Assembly (NCBI GenBank): GCA_964627305.1
Contig: CAZVHP010000004.1
Coordinates: forward strand, 207,971-271,970
Origin: an uncultured Ignavibacteriales bacterium
GTDB lineage: Bacteria; Zixibacteria; MSB-5A5; GN15; FEB-12
Direction: 5' to 3'
Length of the DNA stretch: 64,000 nt
Part shown: piece by piece, positions 9,598 to 19,199 of the stretch
Layout: every line of letters begins with the position of its first letter
Position numbering within the stretch: the first letter of the stretch is position 1
Translations under genes and position numbers: made by a program
Notes under the pieces: model-generated
Seen by the model: only the letters and a program-made list of their open reading frames with translations
Databases searched by the model: none
What the model was told of the DNA's origin: nothing

Positions 9598-9700
9598 TGA
9601 CACTCCTTTCGCGTTGCCGGCCATGTGTGTACAAACTACGCAATGTCCTCGGCCGGGGCAACAGCCAGTTTGCCGGGCTGATGCAAATGTGATGTGGCCC

Positions 9701-9728
9701 TTGTGCTTAAGACGCAATACGGTATATT
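9701..9728 (+). promoter_or_regulatory. Candidate sigma70-type promoter for the men locus
   Basis: TTGTGC-N16-TATATT, about 30 nt upstream of the menG/ubiE ATG. Weak -35. Confidence 0.3.
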
Positions 9729-9755
9729 GTGACGGCTGCGTGAAAGTGCTGACCT

Positions 9756-10508
9756 ATGAATACCCGAGAGAACTCACATAACCGGTCGACCAACCTCGGC
9801 CGCGATATCCCCTCGCGCGATGAAGCCCCGGCCATGTTCGACCGAATCGCTCATCGCTACGACCTGCTCAACCGCGTACTCAGTGGTGGCCGCGATGTCA
9901 TCTGGCGCCATCGACTTCTCCGGCATCTCCCCCCCGGCCGGGACCTGCAGGTGCTCGATGTCGCCACCGGGACGGCGGATGTTCTGCTCACTCTGATAAA
10001 CGGAAGCCCCCGGGTCCACAGCGGCGCCGGTGTCGATCTGGCCGACCGGATGCTTCAGATCGGCCGCCGCAAAATCGCTGAGCGTGGACTCGGCCACCGC
10101 CTCACACTGCAGCACGGCGATGCCCAGGATCTGCCGTTTGAGGATGAACGCTTTGAGATAACAACCATCGCTTTCGGCATACGCAATGTCCCCGATGTCC
10201 CCCGCGGCCTGGCGGAGATGTTCCGCGTCCTCAAACCCGGCGGCAGAGCCCTGATTCTGGAGTTTTCCCTGCCCGCCAACCGCCTTGTGCGGCGCCTGTA
10301 CCTGCTGTATTTTCGGTATGTCCTGCCGCGACTGGGGGCCATGGTCTCCGGCGACAACTTCGCCTACTCGTATCTGAACAAGACCGTGGAAACGTTCCCC
10401 TACGGCGACCAGTTCTGCAGATTGATGCATGAGGCCGGCTTCGCAAACGTTCGCAGCGATGTTCTCACATTCGGCATCGCCACGATCTACATCGGAGAAA
10501 AGCAGTGA
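9756..10508 (+). CDS. menG: Demethylmenaquinone / ubiquinone-menaquinone C-methyltransferase
   Basis: 250 aa. MFDRIAHRYDLLNRVLSGG..WR signature of UbiE/MenG, and SAM motif VLDVATGTAD. Confidence 0.9.
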   Translation: MNTRENSHNRSTNLGRDIPSRDEAPAMFDRIAHRYDLLNRVLSGGRDVIWRHRLLRHLPPGRDLQVLDVATGTADVLLTLINGSPRVHSGAGVDLADRMLQIGRRKIAERGLGHRLTLQHGDAQDLPFEDERFEITTIAFGIRNVPDVPRGLAEMFRVLKPGGRALILEFSLPANRLVRRLYLLYFRYVLPRLGAMVSGDNFAYSYLNKTVETFPYGDQFCRLMHEAGFANVRSDVLTFGIATIYIGEKQ

Positions 10509-11884
10509 AAACGGCTGTCGGTACCATGATCAGTGAACCGCTTGGGCGCGCTATCGGATACGTGGCAGACCTCGCGAGGCGTCACGCCCAACAGGCTGAT
10601 CAGGCTCAATCGTTCCTGCGCCTCGAGACGCGTCTGCCGGCCATAGATCCGCTCGCCTGGCTGGCGGCACAGGAGGGCGAGGACCTCATGTACTGGCGCG
10701 ACCGTGACGGGCAGGCCGAGTACGCTGTCTGTGGCCATGCGGATCTCATCACCGTTGGCCCCGAGACAACCGGCGCTGGCTTTGGCACCCTCCTGAACGA
10801 CCACATCGCCCGGGCCAGACCCGAACTGCGGTATTTCGGCGGCTTCTGCTTCGACCCGGCCCGTCCCCTAAGCCGCGACTGGCAACCGTTCGGCAAGCTG
10901 CGGCTGATCCTCCCGCGCTGGGAGCTTTCGCGCCACGGCGGTGAATCGGTGCTGGCCTGTCACGTGGGACCCAATGACGCGGAGTACTGGAGGCATGCCC
11001 ACAACCGGAGCGCCCGCCTGGCCGAACTCCGCGCCCTCGACCACTCACCGGCGCCCGCGCTTCAGGTCTCTCTGGAGCACTCGCCCGATCGCGAACAATG
11101 GGACCTCCTGCTCGACAAGGTGCTCGCGATACTCCACTCCCAGCCGCTGAGCAAGCTGGTGCTGGACCGACAAAGCCGACTTGGCATCACTGAGCGCATC
11201 AACCCGTGGAGTGTTCTCGCGCGCCTTCGCGAAACTGCCGGCAACAGCTACCTGTTCGGCATCAGCCCTGTTCCCGGTTACTGTTTCCTGGGCGCCTCCC
11301 CCGAACGCCTGTACAAGCGACGGACAAGGCACCTTGCCACCGAGGCGGTCGCCGGCACGCGCCCGCGCGGTGACAGCCCGGCTGAGGATGCTGCCCGTGA
11401 GAAGGAACTGCTGCAATCGGAAAAGGAGCAGCTCGAACACGAACTGGTCACCAGACACATCGGCGAGGTCCTGAGCAGGCTGTGTGAGCAGGTCACCTGT
11501 GACCCCACACCGCGCGTCCTCAGACTGCGACATGTCATGCATCGTGTCACGCCGTTTGACTCCCGCCTGAAAGAGAAAGTTGCGGATGCTGACATCCTCG
11601 CCTCGCTGCACCCCACTCCGGCTGTGGCCGGGTACCCGGTCGCCGAGGCCATCAAACAGCTTCGCATCGTCTCACCGGTGAACCGGGGATGGTACGCCGG
11701 GCCGGTGGGATGGACAAGCACCAACGCGGCCGAATTCGCGGTCGCAATCCGCTCAGCCCTGCTCACGCCGCAGCAGGCGAAGTTCTACGCGGGTGCCGGT
11801 ATTGTCAGCGGGAGCACGGCCCAGCCCGAATGGCACGAACTGGACAGCAAGCTTGAAAGCCTCCTGGAGGCCTTCCTCGCATAG
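10505..11884 (+). CDS. menF: Isochorismate synthase
   Basis: GTGA overlap with the menG stop. Chorismate-binding motifs SPERLY, GTRPRG, LHPTPAVAGYP, RGWYAGPVGW, GAGIVSGS. Confidence 0.9.
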   Translation: MKTAVGTMISEPLGRAIGYVADLARRHAQQADQAQSFLRLETRLPAIDPLAWLAAQEGEDLMYWRDRDGQAEYAVCGHADLITVGPETTGAGFGTLLNDHIARARPELRYFGGFCFDPARPLSRDWQPFGKLRLILPRWELSRHGGESVLACHVGPNDAEYWRHAHNRSARLAELRALDHSPAPALQVSLEHSPDREQWDLLLDKVLAILHSQPLSKLVLDRQSRLGITERINPWSVLARLRETAGNSYLFGISPVPGYCFLGASPERLYKRRTRHLATEAVAGTRPRGDSPAEDAAREKELLQSEKEQLEHELVTRHIGEVLSRLCEQVTCDPTPRVLRLRHVMHRVTPFDSRLKEKVADADILASLHPTPAVAGYPVAEAIKQLRIVSPVNRGWYAGPVGWTSTNAAEFAVAIRSALLTPQQAKFYAGAGIVSGSTAQPEWHELDSKLESLLEAFLA

Positions 11885-11890
11885 TGCACA

Positions 11891-13663
11891 ATGGAAACAA
11901 CAGCAGCCAACATCAACCAACTGTGGGCCAACCTCATCATCGAGGAACTAACCCGGCAAGGAATCACCGAGTTCTGCCTGTCGCCGGGGTCGCGCAATAC
12001 CCCGCTGGCGGTCGCCGCCGCACGGCACGACCAAACTGACTGCCATGTGCATTTCGATGAGCGCGGCGCCGCCTTCCGCGCCCTCGGCTACGCCAAAGCG
12101 ACCGGTAAGCCGGCGGTCCTGATCTGTACCTCCGGAACCGCCGGAGCCAACTACTACCCGGCCGTAATCGAGGCCTGGCACTCACGCGCTCCCATGCTGA
12201 TACTGACCGCCAACCGCCCGCCGGAACTATGGGATTGCGGGGCCAACCAGACCATCGACCAAACGCACCTGTTTGGCCGCTTCACGCGGTGGTTCCAGCG
12301 ACTAAGCTGCCCGACTGTCGAGATCGATCCCGCCTACGTGCTGTCGACAGTGGATCAGGCGTTGAGGCTTACCCTGAGTACACCAGCCGGGCCGGTCCAT
12401 ATCGATTGCCCCTTCCGAGAACCGCTCGCGCCAATCAATGATCCGGTCGACTTCACCGACTACCTGCTCCCCATTGGCGCCTGGCTCACTGGTTCGGCGC
12501 CATCGACCAGCTTCGCCGACAGCACCATGCCGGCCCAGCACACTACCCTCGAGAGCATCGCCCTCAAGAGCATTGCCTTCGCACTCAATCAGTCCACCAG
12601 GGGGCTTCTCGTTGTCGGCCGACTCGACCGCGCGCGTCAGGTCAGCTCGCTGGTACAACTGGCCGGGCGGCTGAACTGGCCCGTAATCGCCGACATCCAG
12701 TCGGGCCTTCGCACCAGCCACGCCTTGCCGCAATTGATCGCCTACGCAGACCTGATTCTCTCTTTTCGCTCGGGTGAACCGGAACCGGTGACTGTGCTGC
12801 ATATTGGCGACCAGCCCACCAGCAAACGACTCCACCGATACCTTAGCCGCATCCCGCTGGAACGCTATGTACATGTGGTCTCGCACGACCGGGGCAGCGA
12901 TCCCAACAGCATTGTGACGGATCGGATCGTCATCGACACTGGCACCTTCTGCGATCTGATGCTGCCGCTTGTCTCAGGGCCGAAGGACACGCAATGGCTC
13001 GATGGCTGGCGCTCCCAGTCGGCTCTGGTGGCAGAAAGCCTCGAAAGCGAGCTGGATACGTCGCCGACCCTTACAGAGCCCCTCGCGGCTCGGCTAGTGG
13101 CCCGTCACGCCCCGGAGAACACGGGACTGTGGGTCGCAAGCAGTATGCCGATCCGCGATCTGGACAGCTTCGCGGCCCCGGACAACGCACCACTTTCTGT
13201 CGGCGCCAATCGCGGGGCAAGCGGGATCGATGGCGCTATCGCCAGTGCCTGCGGGTTCGCCGCCGGTCTGAAAGCGCCGGTCACGGCACTCATCGGCGAC
13301 CTGGCCGCACTGCACGATTTGAACTCCCTGACTATGGTTGCCCAGTCGAGTCAGCCAGTGGTGATTGTCATCCTCAACAACAACGGCGGCGGCATCTTCC
13401 ACTTCCTGCCGGTTGCCGCGTGCGACGATGTCTTCGAGCGGTGCTTCGCTGCCGGTCATGGTTTCACGTTCGCCGACGCCGCCCGGCAGTTCGGACTTTC
13501 ATATCAGGCGCCGACCACTCCCGAACAGTTCACAACAAACCTCACGCGCCTGTACTCAGAGAAAGCATCGGGGATAATCGAGGTACCAACCGACCGTCGC
13601 GAGAACCACGCTCACCATCTGGCGCTGATCGCGGCAGTGCAACAGCGGTTGCAGACCGGGTAA
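11891..13663 (+). CDS. menD: 2-succinyl-5-enolpyruvyl-6-hydroxy-3-cyclohexene-1-carboxylate (SEPHCHC) synthase
   Basis: 590 aa. N-terminus NQLWANLIIEELTRQGITEFCLSPGSRNTPL and ThDP motif GDLAALHDLNSL...NNNGGGIF. Confidence 0.95.
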   Translation: METTAANINQLWANLIIEELTRQGITEFCLSPGSRNTPLAVAAARHDQTDCHVHFDERGAAFRALGYAKATGKPAVLICTSGTAGANYYPAVIEAWHSRAPMLILTANRPPELWDCGANQTIDQTHLFGRFTRWFQRLSCPTVEIDPAYVLSTVDQALRLTLSTPAGPVHIDCPFREPLAPINDPVDFTDYLLPIGAWLTGSAPSTSFADSTMPAQHTTLESIALKSIAFALNQSTRGLLVVGRLDRARQVSSLVQLAGRLNWPVIADIQSGLRTSHALPQLIAYADLILSFRSGEPEPVTVLHIGDQPTSKRLHRYLSRIPLERYVHVVSHDRGSDPNSIVTDRIVIDTGTFCDLMLPLVSGPKDTQWLDGWRSQSALVAESLESELDTSPTLTEPLAARLVARHAPENTGLWVASSMPIRDLDSFAAPDNAPLSVGANRGASGIDGAIASACGFAAGLKAPVTALIGDLAALHDLNSLTMVAQSSQPVVIVILNNNGGGIFHFLPVAACDDVFERCFAAGHGFTFADAARQFGLSYQAPTTPEQFTTNLTRLYSEKASGIIEVPTDRRENHAHHLALIAAVQQRLQTG

Positions 13664-14463
13664 TGGCCCCTTATCAATGGCATATCATTCGCAGTGGCGA
13701 CTCCGACCGACCTTTGGTGTGGTTTCTCCATGGCTTCCTCGGAGCGGCATCGGACTGGACGCCTGTTGTTACCCGCCTCGGCAACGAATACGCCTGTCGC
13801 GCTGTCGACCTGCCGGGCCACGGGCTGACCCGCACGGTCAATGCCGATCGCTTCTTCACCATGACCACTGTCGCCGGGGCGCTGGCCGAGGTGATTGAGG
13901 GGACCGGCGCGCCTGCGACGCTGGTTGGTTACTCTATGGGTGGACGGCTGGCGCTGTACATGGCGGTCCATTACCCGAAACTGCTGCGCAGCGTCGTTAT
14001 CGAATCCGGCTCGCCGGGGCTGGAGGATGAGACCGACCGGCGCCGGCGCCAGGAACACGACCATGCCCTCGCGGACCGCCTGCAACGCGAACCCCTCGAA
14101 GACTTCCTGCACTGGTGGTACCGGCAGCCGTTGTTTGCCGCCCTGAGTGCCGACCCGCTCCGACTGCAGAAGCTTATGGAGCGCCGTCGCCGTCAGGAAC
14201 CGCGGCAACTGGCACGGTCGCTGCGGATGATGGGCACCGGCATCCAGCCGCCGCTGTGGGACGATCTGACCGGCATCGCCTGCCCGACCCACTTGATCGT
14301 GGGCGAGAATGATCGTAAATTCCGCCAGATCGCCCGTCGCATGACCGAGCGTAACAGCCAGTTCACGACCACTGTCATCGAACGTGCCGGGCACAACACA
14401 CACGAGGAATGTCCTGAGTTGTTCACTGCAGCGCTGAAGCGACTGTTGCAAAAGGAGTCGTAA
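13663..14463 (+). CDS. menH: SHCHC synthase (alpha/beta hydrolase)
   Basis: ATG overlaps the menD TAA (TAATG). HGFLG oxyanion motif, nucleophile elbow GYSMGGR, C-terminal GHNTH. The longer track ORF from 12994 is an out-of-frame overlap with menD. Confidence 0.85.
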   Translation: MAPYQWHIIRSGDSDRPLVWFLHGFLGAASDWTPVVTRLGNEYACRAVDLPGHGLTRTVNADRFFTMTTVAGALAEVIEGTGAPATLVGYSMGGRLALYMAVHYPKLLRSVVIESGSPGLEDETDRRRRQEHDHALADRLQREPLEDFLHWWYRQPLFAALSADPLRLQKLMERRRRQEPRQLARSLRMMGTGIQPPLWDDLTGIACPTHLIVGENDRKFRQIARRMTERNSQFTTTVIERAGHNTHEECPELFTAALKRLLQKES

Positions 14464-14467
14464 GATC

Positions 14468-15286
14468 ATGCCTATCGACTGGAAACCTGCCGGAGAGTAC
14501 ACTGATATTCTCTATCACAAGGCTGAGGGCATCGCCAGAATCACTATCAACCGCCCCGAGGTGCGCAACGCCTTTCGACCCCAGACAGTGTTCGAAATGA
14601 GCAGGGCGTTGGCGGATGCTCGTGAGGATCCCAGCATCGGGGTCGTGATTCTCACCGGTCAGGGCGAAAAAGCATTCTGTTCCGGTGGCGACCAGAAAAT
14701 CCGCGGCGAGGCCGGCTACAAGGACGATACCGGCGTCAACCGGCTCAATGTGCTGGATTTTCAGCGCCAGATGCGCACCTGCCCCAAACCGATTATCGCC
14801 ATGGTGGCCGGGTACGCTATCGGCGGCGGTCACGTGCTGCATTTGATGTGTGACCTGACCATTGCCGCCGACAACGCCATCTTCGGGCAAACCGGCCCGC
14901 GGGTGGGATCGTTCGACGGCGGCTACGGCGCGAGCTACATGGCGCGCATTGTCGGCCAGAAGAAAGCCCGTGAGATCTGGTTCCTGTGCCGGCAGTACAA
15001 CGCGCAGCAGGCGCTCGACATGGGACTGGTCAACACGGTGGTGCCGTATGAGCGCCTCGAAAACGAAACCTTGCAATGGTGCCGCGAGATTCTGGCCAAT
15101 TCGCCGATCGCCATCCGGTGCCTGAAGGCGGCCCTCAATGCCGACTGCGATGGTCAGGCGGGACTGCAGGAACTGGCCGGAAATGCCACCATGTTGTTCT
15201 ACATGACGCCCGAGGGACAGGAGGGTCGCAATGCTTTCGTCGAGAAGCGCAAGCCGGACTTCTCCAGGTTCCCACGGCAACCATAA
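14468..15286 (+). CDS. menB: 1,4-dihydroxy-2-naphthoyl-CoA synthase
   Basis: 272 aa crotonase fold. [39 protein letters not shown]. Confidence 0.95.
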   Translation: MPIDWKPAGEYTDILYHKAEGIARITINRPEVRNAFRPQTVFEMSRALADAREDPSIGVVILTGQGEKAFCSGGDQKIRGEAGYKDDTGVNRLNVLDFQRQMRTCPKPIIAMVAGYAIGGGHVLHLMCDLTIAADNAIFGQTGPRVGSFDGGYGASYMARIVGQKKAREIWFLCRQYNAQQALDMGLVNTVVPYERLENETLQWCREILANSPIAIRCLKAALNADCDGQAGLQELAGNATMLFYMTPEGQEGRNAFVEKRKPDFSRFPRQP

Positions 15287-15295
15287 GGACCATAC

Positions 15296-16189
15296 ATGGC
15301 GCACACACAGCCGGGCAAACTCGCGGTGTGGTATCTGGCGGCCCGACCCAAAACGCTCTGGGCTGCGATGGCGCCGGTGGTCATTGGTTCCGCCCTGGCC
15401 TGCGAAGCCGGTGGTTTCCATCTCTGGTCGGCGCTGGCCGCGCTCACCGGCGCCGTGCTCATTCAAATCGGCACCAACTACGCCAACGACTACTACGACT
15501 TCATCAAGGGAGCCGACGAGGGCGAACGTCTCGGACCCCTGCGCGTCACCCAGGCGGGTTTGGTGACGCCCTCAGCAATGCGGTCCGCTACCCTGCTCGT
15601 GTTCAGCGCGGCGCTCGTCATCGGGATATATCTCGTCATGCGCGGCGGCTGGCCGATTGTGATCATCGGACTGCTGTCTATCCTCTTCGGCATTATCTAC
15701 ACTGCCGGACCCTTTCCGCTCGGCTACAACGGCCTTGGCGAGGTGTTTGTGCTGATCTTCTTCGGCCCTGTCGCTGTCGGCGGAACCTACTACGTACAGA
15801 CACTGCAGATCGGCTGGGAGGTGCTCGTCCTCGGTCTGTCACCCGGTCTGTTTTCGATCGCCATTCTGGCCATCAACAACCTCCGCGATATCGACAATGA
15901 CCGCCGCGCCTCCAAAGGTACCCTCGCGGCACGCTTCGGGCGCACCTTCGCCCGGCTCGAGTACCTGCTGGCCATCCTCCTGGGCAGCCTGATACCGTCC
16001 CTGCTGTGGATAACAAACCATGCACCCACAGGGGCACTGCTGACTCTGGCCACTCTGCCGGCAGCTCTGCCCGCTTTCCGCGCCGTTATGTCCGGCACCG
16101 AAGGCCCTCGGCTCAATGACGTCCTGGCCACCACCGGAAAGCTGCTCCTGCTGTTCTCGATCCTGTTATCGGTGGGGTGGCTGCTGTGA
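15296..16189 (+). CDS. menA: 1,4-dihydroxy-2-naphthoate polyprenyltransferase
   Basis: UbiA-family membrane protein. NYANDYYDFIKGAD (NxxxDxxxD) plus a second Asp-rich loop NNLRDIDNDR. Confidence 0.9.
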   Translation: MAHTQPGKLAVWYLAARPKTLWAAMAPVVIGSALACEAGGFHLWSALAALTGAVLIQIGTNYANDYYDFIKGADEGERLGPLRVTQAGLVTPSAMRSATLLVFSAALVIGIYLVMRGGWPIVIIGLLSILFGIIYTAGPFPLGYNGLGEVFVLIFFGPVAVGGTYYVQTLQIGWEVLVLGLSPGLFSIAILAINNLRDIDNDRRASKGTLAARFGRTFARLEYLLAILLGSLIPSLLWITNHAPTGALLTLATLPAALPAFRAVMSGTEGPRLNDVLATTGKLLLLFSILLSVGWLL

Positions 16190-17283
16190 AACTGGCACAC
16201 ATACAGATCTTCCGATACCGGCTCAGACTCGCCCGACCGGTCACCTCCGACACTGCCCTGTCGCATCGCGAGGGATTGATCATCCGGCTGACCGATAATA
16301 CCGGCAATTGCGGTCTCGGTGAGGCTGCCCCCCTGCCGGGATTCAGCGCGGAGACTGTACACGACTGTCAGGAGCAGCTCATCAGGTGGCGATGGTCGAC
16401 ACTCGGCCGGCAGATCCCCGAGTACCTCGAGGAGTTGTCGGGTGGGTTCGAGCAATGGCTGGGACAACACCGCCTTGCCGCTTCGGTCCGCTGCGCCATC
16501 GAAACAGCCGTCCTCTCGCTGGTGGCCGCCGCCAACCGGGTCCCCCTGCGGCAGTTGCTCGCCGAGAATCCGGCCTCGGAACTCCGGCTCAACGCCCTGC
16601 TTAACGGTACCGGCAATGACATCCGCACACAGGCCGCGCTGGCTGCCTCGCAGGGATTCCGCGCCGTGAAGCTGAAAGTGGGCCACTCCGACATGTCCAC
16701 CAATATCCGGCTCGTGCACGACATCCGGGATGCGATCGGCCCGGATATCCAACTGCGGCTCGACGCCAACGGCGCCTTCGACATTGACTCAGCAAACAAA
16801 TTCATGCAACAGGTGCACCAGACCCGCGTAGCATATATCGAGGAGCCGGTGCGCGGTGCCGACGATCTTCGCAACCTGCTCGATAAATCCCCGGCAATCC
16901 CGGTAGCCATCGATGAATCCCTCGCGGACATGGAACCGACCCAACTGCGCGAGCTATCCGGCCTGAAGGCTGTCATCATCAAACCTGCTCTGCACGGTCT
17001 GGAACGCTCCATGGCCTTCGCCCGCGCGGCGACCGCGCTCGGAGCGACACCGGTGGTGACCGCCATGTTCGAATCCGGTCTGGCCCTGGCACTTCTGGCG
17101 CAGTTCGCGGCCTCGATCACAGCCGCTGGTGTTGCAGTCGGCCTGGATACTCGCCGGTGGCTGGCCGAGGACATCATCGCCGGCGAACTCTATGCCGCTC
17201 CGGGCGTCATCAGGCTCAACCGGATCGACGCCCTCCCCTCCCGGCTGGTACACGACCGCCTGCAGGAGATACCTTGTGACTGA
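16177..17283 (+). CDS. menC: o-succinylbenzoate synthase
   Basis: Enolase-superfamily motifs KLKVG, LRLDANGAF, IEEP, AIDES. The start is GTG at 16177, or GTG at 16186 (GTGA overlap with the menA stop). Confidence 0.85.
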   Translation: MAAVKLAHIQIFRYRLRLARPVTSDTALSHREGLIIRLTDNTGNCGLGEAAPLPGFSAETVHDCQEQLIRWRWSTLGRQIPEYLEELSGGFEQWLGQHRLAASVRCAIETAVLSLVAAANRVPLRQLLAENPASELRLNALLNGTGNDIRTQAALAASQGFRAVKLKVGHSDMSTNIRLVHDIRDAIGPDIQLRLDANGAFDIDSANKFMQQVHQTRVAYIEEPVRGADDLRNLLDKSPAIPVAIDESLADMEPTQLRELSGLKAVIIKPALHGLERSMAFARAATALGATPVVTAMFESGLALALLAQFAASITAAGVAVGLDTRRWLAEDIIAGELYAAPGVIRLNRIDALPSRLVHDRLQEIPCD

Positions 17284-18670
17284 GATCCACGATCCATTGC
17301 GATTACACGCCCAGTCACAGCCGGACCACCCGGCCCTGCTTTTGCACCATGGTGCCGTCTCGTACACCGCGCTCGATCTCTTGGTCGACCGCCTGACGGC
17401 CACCATGCGTTCTGACGGCATCCGGAGCGGCGACCGGGTGGCCCTTCGCGGTCTGCCCGCACCTGACACGATCGCCGCCCTGCTCGCCCTCTGGCGAATC
17501 GACGCCGCGGCCTGCCCGCTGTCCGATCGCCTGACGACCTCGCAAACACAGCACTACCTGAGCATGTGCTCCGTAAGGTCTGTATTCGAAACTTTGCCTG
17601 AGCCGACAGACCGCGGTACTCCCGCAACACCCCCCACGTGGCGCCTCGACCGCGATGCTACCATCTTGCTGACATCGGGATCATGCGGCGCCCCCAAGGC
17701 GGTGGTACACACTCTCGGTGCGCACTACTACTCGGCGCTGGGGTCAGCGCGAAACCTTCCCCTCACACGAGATGACCGCTGGCTGCTGGCGCTGCCGTTG
17801 TATCATGTCGGCGGCTTGGCGATCGTGGTGCGATGCCTGCTGGCGGGTGCGACGATCGCAGTGGCTCCAAAAGAGCAATCGATCAGTGAGACACTTGAGC
17901 GGATGCACCCCACTCACCTCTCGCTGGTGCCCACCCAGTTGCACCGGCTCATAGCTGACAGATCGGCGCTGTCACAGCTTCAGAAGACCCGCGCGATACT
18001 CATCGGCGGCGGTCCGCTCGGTCACAAGCTGGCCAGTCAGGCTGACGCGCATGATCTGCCGCTTGCCACCAGTTACGGCTCGACCGAAATGGCCTCGCAG
18101 GTGTGCGCAACACCGGCAGGCGCCACCGACCGTTGGCACACCGCCGGCAAGGTACTGCCGTATCGCGAAATGTTGCTGGCCGGCGACAGCGAGATTCTGG
18201 TGCGGGGCCAGACCCTCTGCCGGTGCCTCCTGGCCGAGGATGGCAGCCCGGTCACTGTGACCGATCCCCAGGGATGGTATCACACGGCTGATATCGGCAC
18301 ACTGGATAACACCGGCGATCTGATTGTGGTGGGACGACGGGACAACATGTTCATCTCAGGGGGCGAGAACATTCATCCCGAACAGATTGAGGGCGCTCTG
18401 CTGGAAATCAACGGCGTCCTTGAGGCGATAGTGGTACCAATCGCCGATCATGAGTTCGGAGCACGGCCGGTGGCTTTTCTGAAAGCCACCTCTGCCGACA
18501 TCATCGACCTTGGCACAGTTAACGAAGCACTCACGCGTGGTGGCCGGTTGGAAAGGTTCAAACTGCCCATCGCCGTCTGGGAGCTTCCTGATCAGGGAAC
18601 AGACACCATGAAGCCCGACCGGCCGGCCCTTGAGCGTCTGGCCGCCAGGCTCCTCAAACGAGAGGCCTAA
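17276..18670 (+). CDS. menE: o-succinylbenzoate--CoA ligase
   Basis: GTG at 17276 overlaps the menC end by 8 nt; the track start at 17129 lies inside menC. Adenylate-forming motifs LLTSGSCGAPKAVVHT, SYGSTE, GWYHTADIG, GRRDNMFISGGENI. Confidence 0.85.
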   Translation: MTEIHDPLRLHAQSQPDHPALLLHHGAVSYTALDLLVDRLTATMRSDGIRSGDRVALRGLPAPDTIAALLALWRIDAAACPLSDRLTTSQTQHYLSMCSVRSVFETLPEPTDRGTPATPPTWRLDRDATILLTSGSCGAPKAVVHTLGAHYYSALGSARNLPLTRDDRWLLALPLYHVGGLAIVVRCLLAGATIAVAPKEQSISETLERMHPTHLSLVPTQLHRLIADRSALSQLQKTRAILIGGGPLGHKLASQADAHDLPLATSYGSTEMASQVCATPAGATDRWHTAGKVLPYREMLLAGDSEILVRGQTLCRCLLAEDGSPVTVTDPQGWYHTADIGTLDNTGDLIVVGRRDNMFISGGENIHPEQIEGALLEINGVLEAIVVPIADHEFGARPVAFLKATSADIIDLGTVNEALTRGGRLERFKLPIAVWELPDQGTDTMKPDRPALERLAARLLKREA

Positions 18671-19074
18671 TCCTCCTGGTGTTCGCGCAGTCCGCGTCTG
18701 AGCATCTCCGGCAGCGAGATCGGTTGGTGCGTCGACTTGTCGACCGTCGCATGCACGGTCCTGACCATCGCCACCGGCTGCTGGTCTTCTCGACCGATAA
18801 CATAGCTCAGTTCGAACGAACCCCCACCCAGGCGGGTGACCGAAACAGCCACCACCAGTTCATCATCGGTGAATACAGCCTGCTTGTAATCGCATTCCGC
18901 ATGCACAATCAACGGCAGAAAATCGTGTTCATTGAGAAAACTGACCAGCGGCAGGCCGATATGGCGCATAAAGCCCTGATAGGCATCGTGCGCCACCGTG
19001 AAGTACTCGCCAAAGAACATCACCCCGGCAGCATCGGTTTGCGGCAGACGGACGGTAGTGCGATAAGTGAACAT
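18667..19074 (-). CDS. 4HBT/YbgC-type acyl-CoA thioesterase (candidate DHNA-CoA hydrolase)
   Basis: 135 aa hotdog fold. N-terminal TVRLPQTDAAGVMFFGEYF (catalytic Asp context). Convergent with menE; the two stop codons overlap (CTAA). Confidence 0.75.
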   Translation of the reverse strand: MFTYRTTVRLPQTDAAGVMFFGEYFTVAHDAYQGFMRHIGLPLVSFLNEHDFLPLIVHAECDYKQAVFTDDELVVAVSVTRLGGGSFELSYVIGREDQQPVAMVRTVHATVDKSTHQPISLPEMLRRGLREHQED

Positions 19075-19199
19075 AGACTAACAGAGCGACTAACTTTTCA
19101 CAGACAGCGGCGTCTCTTTCCATTATATTGCCTGCCGGAACTATAGACGCTTTGAACAGGAAAGTACAGACTAAACATACCGCAATCTTCGGGAGAGTG

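Noticed and set aside
12994-13662. The 223-codon N-terminal extension of the menH ORF (track ORF 12994-14463), and similarly 17129-17275 for menE.
   Set aside because: The extensions lie out of frame inside menD or menC and are Arg-rich nonsense. Family-typical N-termini begin at the ATG at 13663 (TAATG coupling) and the GTG at 17276.
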